DNA of 64,000 nt. Source: Nitrospirota bacterium (GTDB lineage: Bacteria > Nitrospirota > UBA9217). The notes under the pieces were generated by a model. The model worked only from the letters and a program-made list of their open reading frames with translations, made no database searches and was not told where the DNA came from. The DNA lies in contig CAWBNQ010000002.1 in NCBI GenBank assembly GCA_963790205.1, positions 32,001-96,000 of the forward strand. The letters are read 5' to 3'. The translations under genes were made by a program, and so were the position numbers. Positions 52,340-62,562 of this stretch are shown in pieces; the stretch's first letter is position 1; every line of letters starts with the position of its first letter.

Positions 52340-53000
52340 ATGAAAAAGTTGTTTTTCGGAACATTGCTTTTGGCGTTGGTAATTGCAGCTCCTATTCCAA
52401 CGATGGCAGGGGTAGATGTAAACATCAGTATTGGCCTGCCGCCGCCCATCGTATTTCCCACACCACCGGAGTTGATAGTGCTGCCTGAGACGTACGTCTT
52501 GACGCAGACGTGGACATTTTCTTCTACAATGGTTGGTGGTGGCGTCCGTGGGAAGGACGCTGGTATCGCTCGCGGTACTACGACTCAGGTTGGGCCTATT
52601 ATTCTATTATTATAGAAGCGTTCCGTATTTTTATACACGGATACCCTCAGGCTGGAGGAATGACTACAGGGAGCATCGTTGGAAAGGGCATCAGTGGAAC
52701 TATCAACGAATACCTCACCAACAAGTTCAAAGGAACTGGAGAGACTGGGAAAAGAGCAGGCATTGGGAGAAGCAACGAACGTGGGGTGTCCAGGGTCTGC
52801 AACCCAGAACACGATCACAACAACCGTCTCGAGAGGCGCAACCACGACAGTCCCGACCGCAATTAAGAGAGGTCAAACCGGAGCGGTCACGACAGCGCCG
52901 GGAGGCAGGTCCACTATTCCGGGACGGCCAACCACGGCACCCACGGAAACAAAAAGGCGAGCATGAAAGAGGGGAAGGAGAAAAACAGGATAGAAGATAA
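52340..53000 (+). pseudogene. secreted Trp/Tyr/Arg-rich protein split over three frames
   Basis: Signal peptide + VDVNISIGLPPP; then DIFFYNGWWWRPWEGRWY; then YRSVPYFY...RHWEKQRTW. The second break coincides with a CTATTATT tandem duplication. Confidence 0.7.
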
Positions 53001-53113
53001 GAAGGAGTGGGGAAAAATAAGAGTGCAGAGTTCGAAGGGGGAAGCAAAAGGGCGGCTCTTTAAAAAAAGGCAGAACGGATGAACCGTCCTGCCCGGTTTG
53101 AGGAGTTGTCGAA

Positions 53114-54802
53114 CTACGCGGTCACTTCGGTTGCCTCAACGCATTCCGCTTTGGTCTTGGACCAGCAGGGGCCGAGAATTTCCTCAAGGTCGGCCTCCGG
53201 CGTTGATGCGATCGGCTTGATGCTGAAATTCTTCACGAGCACATCGAGCACATTCGGCGTGATGAACGCCGGGAGCGACGGTCCGAGACGGATGTCCTTG
53301 ATCCCGAGATGGAGCAGCGAGAGCAGGATGGCAACGGCCTTCTGCTCGTACCAGGAGAGGACCAGCGAGAGAGGCAGATCGTTCACGCCCACATTGAACG
53401 CCTTGGACAAGGCAACGGCGATCTGGACCGCCGAATAAGCATCGTTGCACTGGCCGATGTCGAGCAGCCTCGGGATGCCGCCGATGTCTCCCAGCTCCTT
53501 GTCAAAGAACCGGAACTTGCCGCAGGCAAGGGTCAGCACCACCGTGTCCTTGGGCGCCTTTTCCACGAACTCGGTATAGTAGTTTCTGCCGGGTTTTGCG
53601 CCGTCGCAGCCGCCCACGAGAAAGAAGTGACGGATCTTTCCCGCCTTGACCGCAGCGATCACCTTATCGGCCACGCCGAGCACCGTATTTCGCCCAAAGC
53701 CCGCAAAGACTTCCTTCCCCGGCATATCTTCGGCGAATCCCGGAAGGGCAAGCGCCCTGTCGATTGCCGGCGTGAAGTCGCTGCCAACGATGTGCTTCAC
53801 ATCGGGCCAGCCCACGAGCCCGCAGGTGAAGATGTTCGCCTTATACGACTCGTGCGGTTTCTGGATGCAGTTCGTGGTCATCACGATTGCGCCCGGGAAA
53901 TGCGCGAATTCCTTGTGCTGGTTCTGCCAGGCCGTGCCGTAATGTCCGTAGAAGTGCGCGTACTTCTTGAGGTTCGGATAACCGTGGGCAGGCAGCATTT
54001 CCCCATGGGTGTAGACGTTGATTCCCTTGCCCTCGGTCTGCTTCAGGATTGTTTCGAGGTCCTTCAGATCGTGCCCGGACACCAGGAGCGCTTTGCCCTT
54101 TTTCGCGCCCAGCGGGACCTTGGTCGGGATGGGGTGGCCGTAGGCGCCGGTGTTGCCCGCGTCAAGGAGTTCCATGGTTTTGAGGTTGACCTCCCCGCAC
54201 TTCAGGACAAGACCGATCCAGTCTTCGAGGCCGCGCTCCGTCCCGGTCATGGAAGCCAGGGCTTCGCTCATGAACGCATACACGGAATCATCGGTTTTCC
54301 CGAGGATCTGCGCGTGATCTGCATACGCGGCAACGCCTTTCAGTCCGAAGAGCAGAATATCCTGGAGCGATTGAACGTCGGGGTTGACCACCACGTCGGG
54401 GACGTGCTCACGGACCGCTCTTCCCTGCTTGACGAGACCCTCGATCGTGGACTCCGGTCTAAAAGAAGCGCTCGCGTGGGCAAAATCCGTTTTGCCGTCC
54501 GACTGGCGTATTTTTGCGCCGAGCTGGTCGCGAAGTTCCACGCTCTTTTTGATCAGCTTTTCGAACCGCTTGGGATCGAAATCGACATTGGTGAGCGTTG
54601 AAAAAAGCGCCTTCGTCAAAAAAACGTTCACGTCCTGGTCCTTGACGCCGACCTTTCTTCCCTCCACGGCATAGAGCGACAGCCCCTTTAAGCTGTAGAT
54701 CAAAAGGTCCTGCAAAGCAGCAACCTCCGGGTCCTTGCCGCATACGCCGATCCTGGTGCAGCCCTTTCCATTGGCTGCCTGCTCGCATTGATAACAAAAC
54801 AT
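53114..54802 (-). CDS. hcp: hybrid cluster protein (hydroxylamine reductase)
   Basis: MFCYQCEQ...GC...GVCGK, SGHDL, YTHGEM, GGCDG, GQCND and SWYEQKA motifs. Confidence 0.97.
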   Translation of the reverse strand: MFCYQCEQAANGKGCTRIGVCGKDPEVAALQDLLIYSLKGLSLYAVEGRKVGVKDQDVNVFLTKALFSTLTNVDFDPKRFEKLIKKSVELRDQLGAKIRQSDGKTDFAHASASFRPESTIEGLVKQGRAVREHVPDVVVNPDVQSLQDILLFGLKGVAAYADHAQILGKTDDSVYAFMSEALASMTGTERGLEDWIGLVLKCGEVNLKTMELLDAGNTGAYGHPIPTKVPLGAKKGKALLVSGHDLKDLETILKQTEGKGINVYTHGEMLPAHGYPNLKKYAHFYGHYGTAWQNQHKEFAHFPGAIVMTTNCIQKPHESYKANIFTCGLVGWPDVKHIVGSDFTPAIDRALALPGFAEDMPGKEVFAGFGRNTVLGVADKVIAAVKAGKIRHFFLVGGCDGAKPGRNYYTEFVEKAPKDTVVLTLACGKFRFFDKELGDIGGIPRLLDIGQCNDAYSAVQIAVALSKAFNVGVNDLPLSLVLSWYEQKAVAILLSLLHLGIKDIRLGPSLPAFITPNVLDVLVKNFSIKPIASTPEADLEEILGPCWSKTKAECVEATEVTA

Positions 54803-54858
54803 GGTGTATCCTCCTTGTAAGATAAAGAAATGTGGGTCGTCATCATTAACGTGCGCCG

Positions 54859-54901
54859 ATTATACCTGACTCAAGGCAGAGCGCATATGATGGGGATCAT
54901 A
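54859..54901 (-). promoter_or_regulatory. class II CRP/FNR-family-type promoter of hcp
   Basis: TATAAT at 54864-54859 and palindrome TATGAT-N4-ATCATA (54886-54901), centred at about -41.5. Confidence 0.7.
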
Positions 54902-54959
54902 AGAGCATCGCAGGGTATTTTATTTTGACATTTCTTCTTTTCTCTGCTAACGTCCCTGC

Positions 54960-55092
54960 ATGCCACCCCCCTCCGCATAAAGTACGCCGGTATTGTCAAT
55001 CACATTACCTCTTTGCGTGCTATCATCTTCTTATTGAGACCCCGGACGGCAACCTTGTCCTCGTTATGAGGCAGCTGAACGATGTCTACGCA
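54960..55092 (+). pseudogene. remnant of a REP-associated tyrosine (Y1/RAYT-like) transposase
   Basis: Fragments PLRIKYAG and YHLLIETPDGNL..MRQLNDVY (degenerate HUH region). Confidence 0.7.
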
Positions 55093-55166
55093 ATAGTAAA
55101 GACCTTAATGGTCTTCTTAAGGTTCTTGAAGCAGTGTATCGTTGAGACAACCTCCCCGTTCGAGGA

Positions 55167-56669
55167 GTGTACGTCGTGGAAGACTTGCCGCTTGATCAGG
55201 AACTGCACCACGAGATCTTCGGTTCCATCCTGGACAGGACCGAAATGACGCCCTTTCTGCTCCTGCCCGCACGGGACTATGCCGCTGCCCTCAAACAGGC
55301 GGCCAGGATGATGGCCAACCGCGGCTTCGACACGCTTGAAGGCGACGGGCTGGGAGAGAGCGAGCGCGAGCGCGCAGGGCACTACATCCGGCGCGCATAC
55401 GTCACTATTTTCGGCGGACTCTTCCCGTTTGTGACGAAGCAGCTGGAAGGGCTTGTTGCCCTGCGGTCTTCGAACGCAGGCCTCTACCAGAACTGCCTGC
55501 GCGCTCTCGCCGAGGCGCAAGCGGTGCTGCAGGACCCGGCCTTCCAACGCATCGTGGACGAGGACCCCCGCCACCTCTTTCTGCTTGCCTCCTCCCGGAA
55601 ATACCCCCGTGTCTTTTCCGGGTATCAGGGGAAATCGCTTGACGTGCCCTCAACCTGGCAGCAGGCCGCCTGCTGCCTCCTCAAGATGGTGCATCTGATA
55701 AAATCCGTGGAAGAGGACAGCCAGGACATCAACGACTACGTCCAACTGGGCTTTTTTCTGGAACAGCAGGGCCAGCGCCTCGATGAGCTCTTCCAGTACG
55801 ACTGGGAGCACCCGGCGCACATCCCGGACAATGAGCCCGCTCAGCGGGCTTTTGTAAAGATCTCCGCGTTCTTTCGCCGGCTGCGGGAGTCGCTGGTCTT
55901 TGACCGATCAAAAGGATGTCTCGTCTTCAACAGCGGGGACGGCGTGGACGTCGACATCGCCGAGATCAAGGCGCGGCTCAAGAGTCCGGAAAGTATGGTC
56001 ACCAAGCTGGGCAAGAATGTGGAAGGGGAAGCCTACGACATCAGGGACATCCTCGCGATCACGTTCATCCTCACGAACATCGATGACACGCTGAAGCTGT
56101 TCCATGCCCTCCAGAAGCGGGGAGTGATCCTCCAGGAGAACACGGCTTCGCACTCCATCACCCAGACGCTCTTTGGCGGGCCGGAGGACATGAAAGAGGC
56201 GATACGCAGGCTGATGATCAGCCTCTCCCGAAGCGGGGGAGGCAATGCCATGCCCCGGGAAGAGCAGCTGCTCGCGCACGCGAGGACCTTCTATGAGGCG
56301 CTGGGGATGAACACGGACAAAAACGTCCATTCCTCCCGGGGACACAGGAAGTTCCAGTGCAAGATCGCCTTTTCCCTGCCGATCCATCGCGCCTTGGAAA
56401 CGAACGAGATCATGATCCCCGGCACGCCGCTTTACGAGAGCAGGGACAAGGTCAGCAAGAAGACGGAGCAGCACACGCTGGGGGTTGAGCTGCGCATCTC
56501 CGACGTGGAGAGTTGGCGGACCTCCGAGCGCACCGGTGATTCACACCATGATGCATACAAATTCCGCCAGCTGGTCTTTGTGATGAACCGGGTCTTCAAA
56601 AACGTATTCCACTTTCCGGAAGAGGGCTTTCCTCAGCTCCGAAAGGATCAGACCGCCCTCTTCCCGTAA
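55167..56669 (+). CDS. RelA/SpoT synthetase-like protein with a long helical N-terminus
   Basis: KARLKSPESMVTKL, DIRDILAITFI and ELRISD...HHDAYK parallel the RSH synthetase motifs; GAGGAG RBS with GTG start. Confidence 0.65.
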   Translation: MYVVEDLPLDQELHHEIFGSILDRTEMTPFLLLPARDYAAALKQAARMMANRGFDTLEGDGLGESERERAGHYIRRAYVTIFGGLFPFVTKQLEGLVALRSSNAGLYQNCLRALAEAQAVLQDPAFQRIVDEDPRHLFLLASSRKYPRVFSGYQGKSLDVPSTWQQAACCLLKMVHLIKSVEEDSQDINDYVQLGFFLEQQGQRLDELFQYDWEHPAHIPDNEPAQRAFVKISAFFRRLRESLVFDRSKGCLVFNSGDGVDVDIAEIKARLKSPESMVTKLGKNVEGEAYDIRDILAITFILTNIDDTLKLFHALQKRGVILQENTASHSITQTLFGGPEDMKEAIRRLMISLSRSGGGNAMPREEQLLAHARTFYEALGMNTDKNVHSSRGHRKFQCKIAFSLPIHRALETNEIMIPGTPLYESRDKVSKKTEQHTLGVELRISDVESWRTSERTGDSHHDAYKFRQLVFVMNRVFKNVFHFPEEGFPQLRKDQTALFP

Positions 56670-56864
56670 GATCGGGGGAGACCGGGAGGGTCTTTTCCGT
56701 TGTCGTTTCCTCTTATAAAGGCATTCGCGGCATTGTACTGCTGGTCCAGGGATATGTAAGGAATGGTTATACGCAGAAGTACGAAAACTGCCAGCGTGGC
56801 GGAAAGCACGGAAATGGATTACACCGCGAAAGACGGAAGTACGCGCTTTCAGAAGGAAGGAACC

Positions 56865-57089
56865 ATGAGAACCCGATTTTTGAAAAGAGCCGATTTGATC
56901 GTCGTGATGCTCCTGCTGACAGCTTGTTCTGGTTGCACTGCCCGGACCGCCTATGAGAGCCTTCACTATAATCGGGAATTGGATTGCCAGAAAATGCTCG
57001 GGACTGCTGACAGGGAAGAGTGCTTAAAAAGGTCCGGAATGAGTTATGATGAATATCAACATCGGTTAAACAAGGACCGGAACAAGTGA
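56865..57089 (+). CDS. small lipoprotein
   Basis: Lipobox LTAC/SGC; AAGGAAGG RBS. Confidence 0.7.
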   Translation: MRTRFLKRADLIVVMLLLTACSGCTARTAYESLHYNRELDCQKMLGTADREECLKRSGMSYDEYQHRLNKDRNK

Positions 57090-57117
57090 CGATGGCCGGG
57101 CAGTGACCTTATCAGAA

Positions 57118-57183
57118 ATGAAGATCCGAGAGAGAGAAGCAAAAAGCATCCTGGCAAAGGCACAGATTTATGATTATGCCCTG
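57118..57183 (+). pseudogene. possible N-terminal remnant of an SPL-like radical SAM gene
   Basis: MKIREREAKSILAKAQIYDYAL resembles that family's N-terminus, but the Cx3Cx2C motif never follows. Confidence 0.45.
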
Positions 57184-57406
57184 CCGTTTCCCTGCCCGGA
57201 GCAAGAGCGGCATGCCCCGGCCGCAGATGCGCTATACTTGAAGCATTCCCGCGTCACGGGGGCCTTACCGCTCGACCCGGCTGTCTCGGTCGTCGAGCCG
57301 AACTCGGGGGAGGATAGCCCCGAGACCTCGAAGGTCCATTCCTTCAAGGAGCACGATCCGGAGAACCTCAGGGCCCCCGCGTCGTGATAGATTACAAGAG
57401 GCGACC

Positions 57407-59185
57407 ATGCACGACGACAAGACAGACGGCAACCGCTGGGTCGAACTGGCAAGCCGGGCCATGCCGTTTCGAAAGTGGTGGCCTGAAGTAACGAAACGAA
57501 ATTTCCGGTCGGACCTGGTCGCAGGCCTGACCGGCGCGATCATTGTTTTGCCGCAGGGCGTCGCGTTCGCCATGATCGCCGGCCTGCCGCCAGAATACGG
57601 GCTCTATACCGCGATCGTTCCGGCGATCATCGCTGCCCTGTTCGGATCGTCGCACCACCTCGTTTCCGGTCCTACGACCGCGATCTCCATCGTGCTGTTT
57701 ACGACGATCAGTCCTCTTACGCCGCCTGGCACCTTTGCGTATGTCGAGATGGTCCTGGCGCTCACGTTTATGGCCGGCCTGTTTCAGTTCGCCCTCGGCA
57801 TGGCCAGGCTCGGGGCATTGGTCAACTTTGTTTCCCATTCCGTGGTCGTGGGGTTCACCGCAGGCGCTGCCGTGCTGATCGGCACGAGCCAGATGAACAA
57901 CCTGCTCGGCATAGCGGGCTCGAAACGCCACGCATTCATTCACGTGTGGACGGATCTGCTGCACAATATCACCAGCACCAACCTCATCGTGGTCGTCATC
58001 GCCCTGGTCACGTTGATCGTCGCCCTCGTGATCAGGACCTATGCGCCGAAACTCCCCGGTCTGCTGATCGCCATGATCGCGGGGGGAGTCCTCTCCCTGG
58101 CAATGCACGGCAAGGAGCACGGGGTACGGCTTGTCGGAGCCCTGCCCGCGCATCTGCCGCCGCTCTCGGTTCCCGATCTGTCCACCGCGAATATCCGTGA
58201 CCTTGCGCCGGCTGCGCTCGCGGTCGCGATGCTGGGGCTTGCCGAGGCAGTGTCCATTGCCCGGGCGGTAGCCACGCGATCGCTCCAGCGCATCGACAGC
58301 AACCAGGAGTTCATCGGCCAGGGCCTGGCCAACATGATCGGCAGCTTCTTTTCGAGTTATGCGTCTTCAGGCTCGTTCACGCGCACGGGCGTGAATTACG
58401 ATGCAGGCGCCCGGACGCCTCTCGCCGCCGTGGTCGCGGCAGTCGCGCTCGCGCTCATCCTGCTCTTGATCGCGCCGCTCACCGCATATCTTCCGATCCC
58501 GGCCATGGCGGGTATCCTGCTTTTGGTCGCCTGGAACCTTGTCGATTTTCATCATATCAGGACCATTATCAGAACCAGCCGCCAGGAAGCAGCGGTGTTG
58601 GCGATCACGTTTCTTGCGACCCTGCTGGTGGAGCTGGAGTTCGCAATTTACGTCGGAGTGATGCTCTCGTTGCTGCTGTACCTGAACAGGACGTCGCATC
58701 CCGGATTCGTGACCCTGGTTGCCGATCATGAAGGATTGCATCAGCGGTTCATAAATGTCGAAAAAAAGGACCTTCCCGAGTGCCCGCAGCTCAAGATCCT
58801 GCGTGTGGACGGGTCTCTTTTCTTCGGTGCGGTGAACCATTTTGCGGAAGAGTTGAGCGCGATCACGCGCCACAGCCCCGAACAGGCCCATATTCTGATC
58901 GTCGGCGGAGGGATCAACTTCATCGATGTCGCGGGCGCGGAGACCCTGGCAAACGAGGCGCACCGGCTGCACCGAGAGGGCAGGAAGCTGTATTTGTGCT
59001 CCTTGAAAGGCGACGTTGTGGAGACGCTGCATCGCGGCGGTTACACTGAGCGCATCGGTGAGGAAAATATCCTGGGATCGAAAACAGCGGCGATCCGGAA
59101 ACTGGTCCCGCGGCTCGATCCGGAACGCTGCAGAGTCTGCATACTCAGGGTCTTCGATGAGTGCTCGCTGATGCCGGGCGCGTGA
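57407..59185 (+). CDS. SulP-family anion transporter with STAS domain
   Basis: DLVAGL, PQGVAFAMIAGLPPEYGLY, NQEFIGQG and DGSLFFG motifs. Confidence 0.95.
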   Translation: MHDDKTDGNRWVELASRAMPFRKWWPEVTKRNFRSDLVAGLTGAIIVLPQGVAFAMIAGLPPEYGLYTAIVPAIIAALFGSSHHLVSGPTTAISIVLFTTISPLTPPGTFAYVEMVLALTFMAGLFQFALGMARLGALVNFVSHSVVVGFTAGAAVLIGTSQMNNLLGIAGSKRHAFIHVWTDLLHNITSTNLIVVVIALVTLIVALVIRTYAPKLPGLLIAMIAGGVLSLAMHGKEHGVRLVGALPAHLPPLSVPDLSTANIRDLAPAALAVAMLGLAEAVSIARAVATRSLQRIDSNQEFIGQGLANMIGSFFSSYASSGSFTRTGVNYDAGARTPLAAVVAAVALALILLLIAPLTAYLPIPAMAGILLLVAWNLVDFHHIRTIIRTSRQEAAVLAITFLATLLVELEFAIYVGVMLSLLLYLNRTSHPGFVTLVADHEGLHQRFINVEKKDLPECPQLKILRVDGSLFFGAVNHFAEELSAITRHSPEQAHILIVGGGINFIDVAGAETLANEAHRLHREGRKLYLCSLKGDVVETLHRGGYTERIGEENILGSKTAAIRKLVPRLDPERCRVCILRVFDECSLMPGA

Positions 59186-59624
59186 ACCGTCCTTTGTTCA
59201 GGCTTCTGAGCCCTTCCCGTCTAAAAGCTGCCGCGAGTTTGAATGCTTTTTTCTCGCCATATTTGTTTACCGAGAAAGATTTCACACTATGTCTGTATTT
59301 CCGGGGATAGTATGTGCCGACGTAGAATTTATTCCGGGAACCGTCCTTGTAAGTCTTTATCACATAATGAACGCCAACAATGCCTGTCCGGCTCTTTATG
59401 GACGGATTTTTGTGATGCCCTTTCGGTTTTCGGCCGATGGGAAGCCCCTTTCGGGCGCGGTCGCGCAGGCAGGCGTCCCTGAATTTTATTGCCGCCTTAA
59501 GCGATTTCGCTTTTGAACCATGGGCAATATCGCTGAATGCTTTTTGTATTTCGGCGAACCGGAGTCTTACCCACCAGCCGTGGCTAGACCGGTAATGCAA
59601 TCGCGTTATATATTTGATCTTCAT
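59145..59624 (-). CDS. tandem AP2-like DNA-binding protein
   Basis: Two AP2-like units: GWWVR...KAFSD..HG...SLKAAIKFRD and GIVGV...KSFSVNKYGEKKAFKLA. Very basic. Confidence 0.7.
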   Translation of the reverse strand: MKIKYITRLHYRSSHGWWVRLRFAEIQKAFSDIAHGSKAKSLKAAIKFRDACLRDRARKGLPIGRKPKGHHKNPSIKSRTGIVGVHYVIKTYKDGSRNKFYVGTYYPRKYRHSVKSFSVNKYGEKKAFKLAAAFRREGLRSLNKGRFTRPASASTHRRP

Positions 59625-59727
59625 CCGGATCTCCGGCGGGTTGAGATAGAGCGGCGCTTGATGATTTTCTGGGTCAGGTCCCGCCCCGCGTTTCGTTCAG
59701 AGAGCGCTTCGCCCGGTTTTTCAGGGC

Positions 59728-60804
59728 TCAACCCCGGGGCCTGGCCCGTTCGTACTGGATCGGCCAGGGGATCTCCGCTCTCAGCGCCCGCGCAGCCATC
59801 AAGGGCCAGTAAGGATCTCGCAGCAGCTCCCGCGCCAGGATGACCGCGTCGGCAAGGCCCGTGGCAACGATCTGCTCCGCCTGCGCCGGCTCGGTGATGA
59901 ACCCCACCGTTGCCGTTGCCATGTCCGTCTTTTGGCGGATCGCCGTGGCAAAAGGCGTCTGGTAGCCCGGCCCCGCGGGGATGGCGGTCTCAGGCAGCAC
60001 AACCAAGCCCCCGCTCGAACAGTCGATGAGGTCGATGCCGATGTCCTTCAACCGAAGACAGAGCTCCACGGACTGGTCCAGGCCCCAGCCTCCCTCCGCC
60101 CAGTCGGTCGCCGAAATGCGCACGAAGACCGGCCATTTCGCGGGCCAGATTTCCCGGACCGTCCGGGCCACGGCAAGAGGAAAGCGCATTCGGTTCTCGA
60201 GGCTCCCGCCGTATTCGTCGGTCCTCTTGTTCGCGAGGGGCGACAGGAACTCGTGCAACAGATAGCCGTGGGCCATGTGGATCTCCGCCACTTCGAAGCC
60301 CGCCATGAGCGCCCGTGCGGCCCCGCCGCGGAACTGCTTGAGGATACGTTCCCGGTCTTCGGCCGTGGCTTCGCGCGGCACGGGATGGGCCGGAGAAAAC
60401 GGCGCGGCGCTCGGCGCGATCGGCGTCCATCCCCGCTTGTCCGGCCCCAGGGGCCCGCCCCCGCGCCAGGGGAGATCGGTAGAAGCCTTGCGGCCCGCGT
60501 GGGCCAGCTGAATGCCCGCGACGGCTCCCTGCCCGCGGATGAACCGAGTGATCCGTTCAAAGGCCTCCGCATGGCCGTCGCTCCAGATGCCGCTGTCGTC
60601 GGGGCTGATCCTGCCTTCGGGACTGACGGCAGTAGCCTCGACCATGACCAGGCCCGCACCGCCCACGGCCCTGCTTCCCAGGTGCACCAGGTGCCAGTCC
60701 GTAGGCATGCCGTCCTGGCTCGAATACTGGCACATGGGTGAAACGAAAATACGGTTTCGGAAGGTCAGGTCGCGCAATTTCAAGGGGGAGAACAAACGAC
60801 TCAT
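59728..60804 (-). CDS. NADH:flavin oxidoreductase (old yellow enzyme, YqjM/NamA-like)
   Basis: SPMCQYS, QLAHAGRK, HMAHGYL, RTDEYGGS and RISATDW motifs. Confidence 0.93.
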   Translation of the reverse strand: MSRLFSPLKLRDLTFRNRIFVSPMCQYSSQDGMPTDWHLVHLGSRAVGGAGLVMVEATAVSPEGRISPDDSGIWSDGHAEAFERITRFIRGQGAVAGIQLAHAGRKASTDLPWRGGGPLGPDKRGWTPIAPSAAPFSPAHPVPREATAEDRERILKQFRGGAARALMAGFEVAEIHMAHGYLLHEFLSPLANKRTDEYGGSLENRMRFPLAVARTVREIWPAKWPVFVRISATDWAEGGWGLDQSVELCLRLKDIGIDLIDCSSGGLVVLPETAIPAGPGYQTPFATAIRQKTDMATATVGFITEPAQAEQIVATGLADAVILARELLRDPYWPLMAARALRAEIPWPIQYERARPRG

Positions 60805-60881
60805 GGATGACTTCCTCCTTTAATATAGATAGACGGATCAGTTTTCGCAGCTTTTAGTCCCTCGTTCTTAGTTTTCAGTTC

Positions 60882-62159
60882 TCAGTTCGGCAACCGCTTT
60901 TTAAAAGTGAGCATGAGCAGCCCGGCAAGGACCAGGGAACAGGCCAGATAGAGCCACGCGCCGGTGAACGAGCCCGTTCTCTCCTTGATGAAGCCGGTGA
61001 TGGAGGGGCCGACAAACCCTCCCACGTTGCCGAAGGAGTTGATCAGGCCGATCGCGCCCGCGGCGGCCGTTCCCGAGAGGAACGTCGTGGGATAGGACCA
61101 CCAGACGCCGAAGGGAGCGTAGACGCCCACCGCGGCGAGGATCACGAAAAAGAAGGCGGCCCAGGGGTCCTTCATCACCACGCCTGCGCCCAGGCCGATC
61201 GCGCCGATGAACAGTCCAACGGCCCCGTGCCACCGTATCTCGTTCCGTTTCGACGAAGAATGGCCGATGGCGAGCATGGCGATAAGAGAGGCCGTCATGG
61301 GGACAGCCGTGAGCAAGCCGATGGCCAGGTTGGACCAGCCTGAGAGGGCCTTGAGGACCTGCGGCATCCAGTAGTTGAAACCCCAGAAACCGCTGATCCA
61401 GAGAAAATAGGCGGCGCAGAGTTTGAGCACTTCGGGCTCCCGGAAGGCTTCCAGGACGGTGTAACGCTGTACCGCTGTTTTCGCGCTCACCTCTTTTTGA
61501 TACTGATCGTCCAGGAAATCCTTCTCTTCTTCGGTGAGCCAGGCAGCATCCGCCGGCCGGTCCGCCATCCACCATACAATGACGAAGGCGAACAGGAGCG
61601 CCGGGGCCGCCTCAAGGAGGAAAAGGCCCCGCCACCCCCGAAGCCCGAAAAGCGGCACGCCGAGCATCCAGCCCGCCAGGGGCGCGCCCACGATGCCGGA
61701 AACCTGGAGCGAGGTCAGGAGGAGGGCGATCGCCCGGGCCCGGTCCTTCGCGCCGAACCAGCGCGGTATGCAGGTAGCGTAGATGACGGGATAGAGGCTC
61801 GCCTCGGCCGCGCCCAGAAGAAAGCGCAGCACGTAGAAGTGCCACGTCGTGGTCATGAAGGCCATGAGACCGGAGACGAGGCCCCACGTGAGCATGATCC
61901 GCGCGAGCCAGATTTTTGCGCTGTATCGTTCCGCGATCAACGCCCCGGGAATCTCGAACAGAATATAGCCGGCGAAAAAAATGCCCGCCCCCAGGCCGAA
62001 CATCCGGGCTGAAAGTCCGAGATCGTCGTTCATGGTCAGCGCCGCGTACCCGATATTCACCCGGTCGAGATAGGCGATGACGGAGGTGAAGAACAACGGC
62101 AGCACGATGTTCAGATAGGCCTTGCGTTTCGCGCTGCGCGCAACAGCGTATGGGTCCAT
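60882..62159 (-). CDS. MFS transporter (anion:cation symporter family)
   Basis: YLDRVN, GIFFAGYILFEIP, RFLLGAAEA and GLINSFGNVGGFVGP motifs. Confidence 0.9.
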   Translation of the reverse strand: MDPYAVARSAKRKAYLNIVLPLFFTSVIAYLDRVNIGYAALTMNDDLGLSARMFGLGAGIFFAGYILFEIPGALIAERYSAKIWLARIMLTWGLVSGLMAFMTTTWHFYVLRFLLGAAEASLYPVIYATCIPRWFGAKDRARAIALLLTSLQVSGIVGAPLAGWMLGVPLFGLRGWRGLFLLEAAPALLFAFVIVWWMADRPADAAWLTEEEKDFLDDQYQKEVSAKTAVQRYTVLEAFREPEVLKLCAAYFLWISGFWGFNYWMPQVLKALSGWSNLAIGLLTAVPMTASLIAMLAIGHSSSKRNEIRWHGAVGLFIGAIGLGAGVVMKDPWAAFFFVILAAVGVYAPFGVWWSYPTTFLSGTAAAGAIGLINSFGNVGGFVGPSITGFIKERTGSFTGAWLYLACSLVLAGLLMLTFKKRLPN

Positions 62160-62562
62160 CGCCCTGTCTCCTGGATAGAAATCGAAGTCGGTCCGTGCGA
62201 CCATCCTGAGCGTATCACAATGAAGGCGCGATGTCCAGAGTGGGTACGAGAAAGCGGGTGCAAGCAGCCGAGCTGCTCGATTCATCACCTGACGCTGAGG
62301 ACCGGCACCATGTCTATGTATAATCAATTATGGAAATCAGGCGAAAGAGTCAATCTGACGAAAGGATGATGGCAGACACAAGCAAGTGGCATCAACTCTG
62401 AGTTCTTAGGCCGTAGTTTTTAGCTCAATTCAAACAATCTTTCTCGCCGAGCTGTTACGTTATTTATGGTCTTTCCAACCGCCTCTGTTATAATCTAACG
62501 TAGGAACGATTGTTAAACTATGGGTCATGACCAACACTATAAGCATAAGCGCGAGGCGACGC

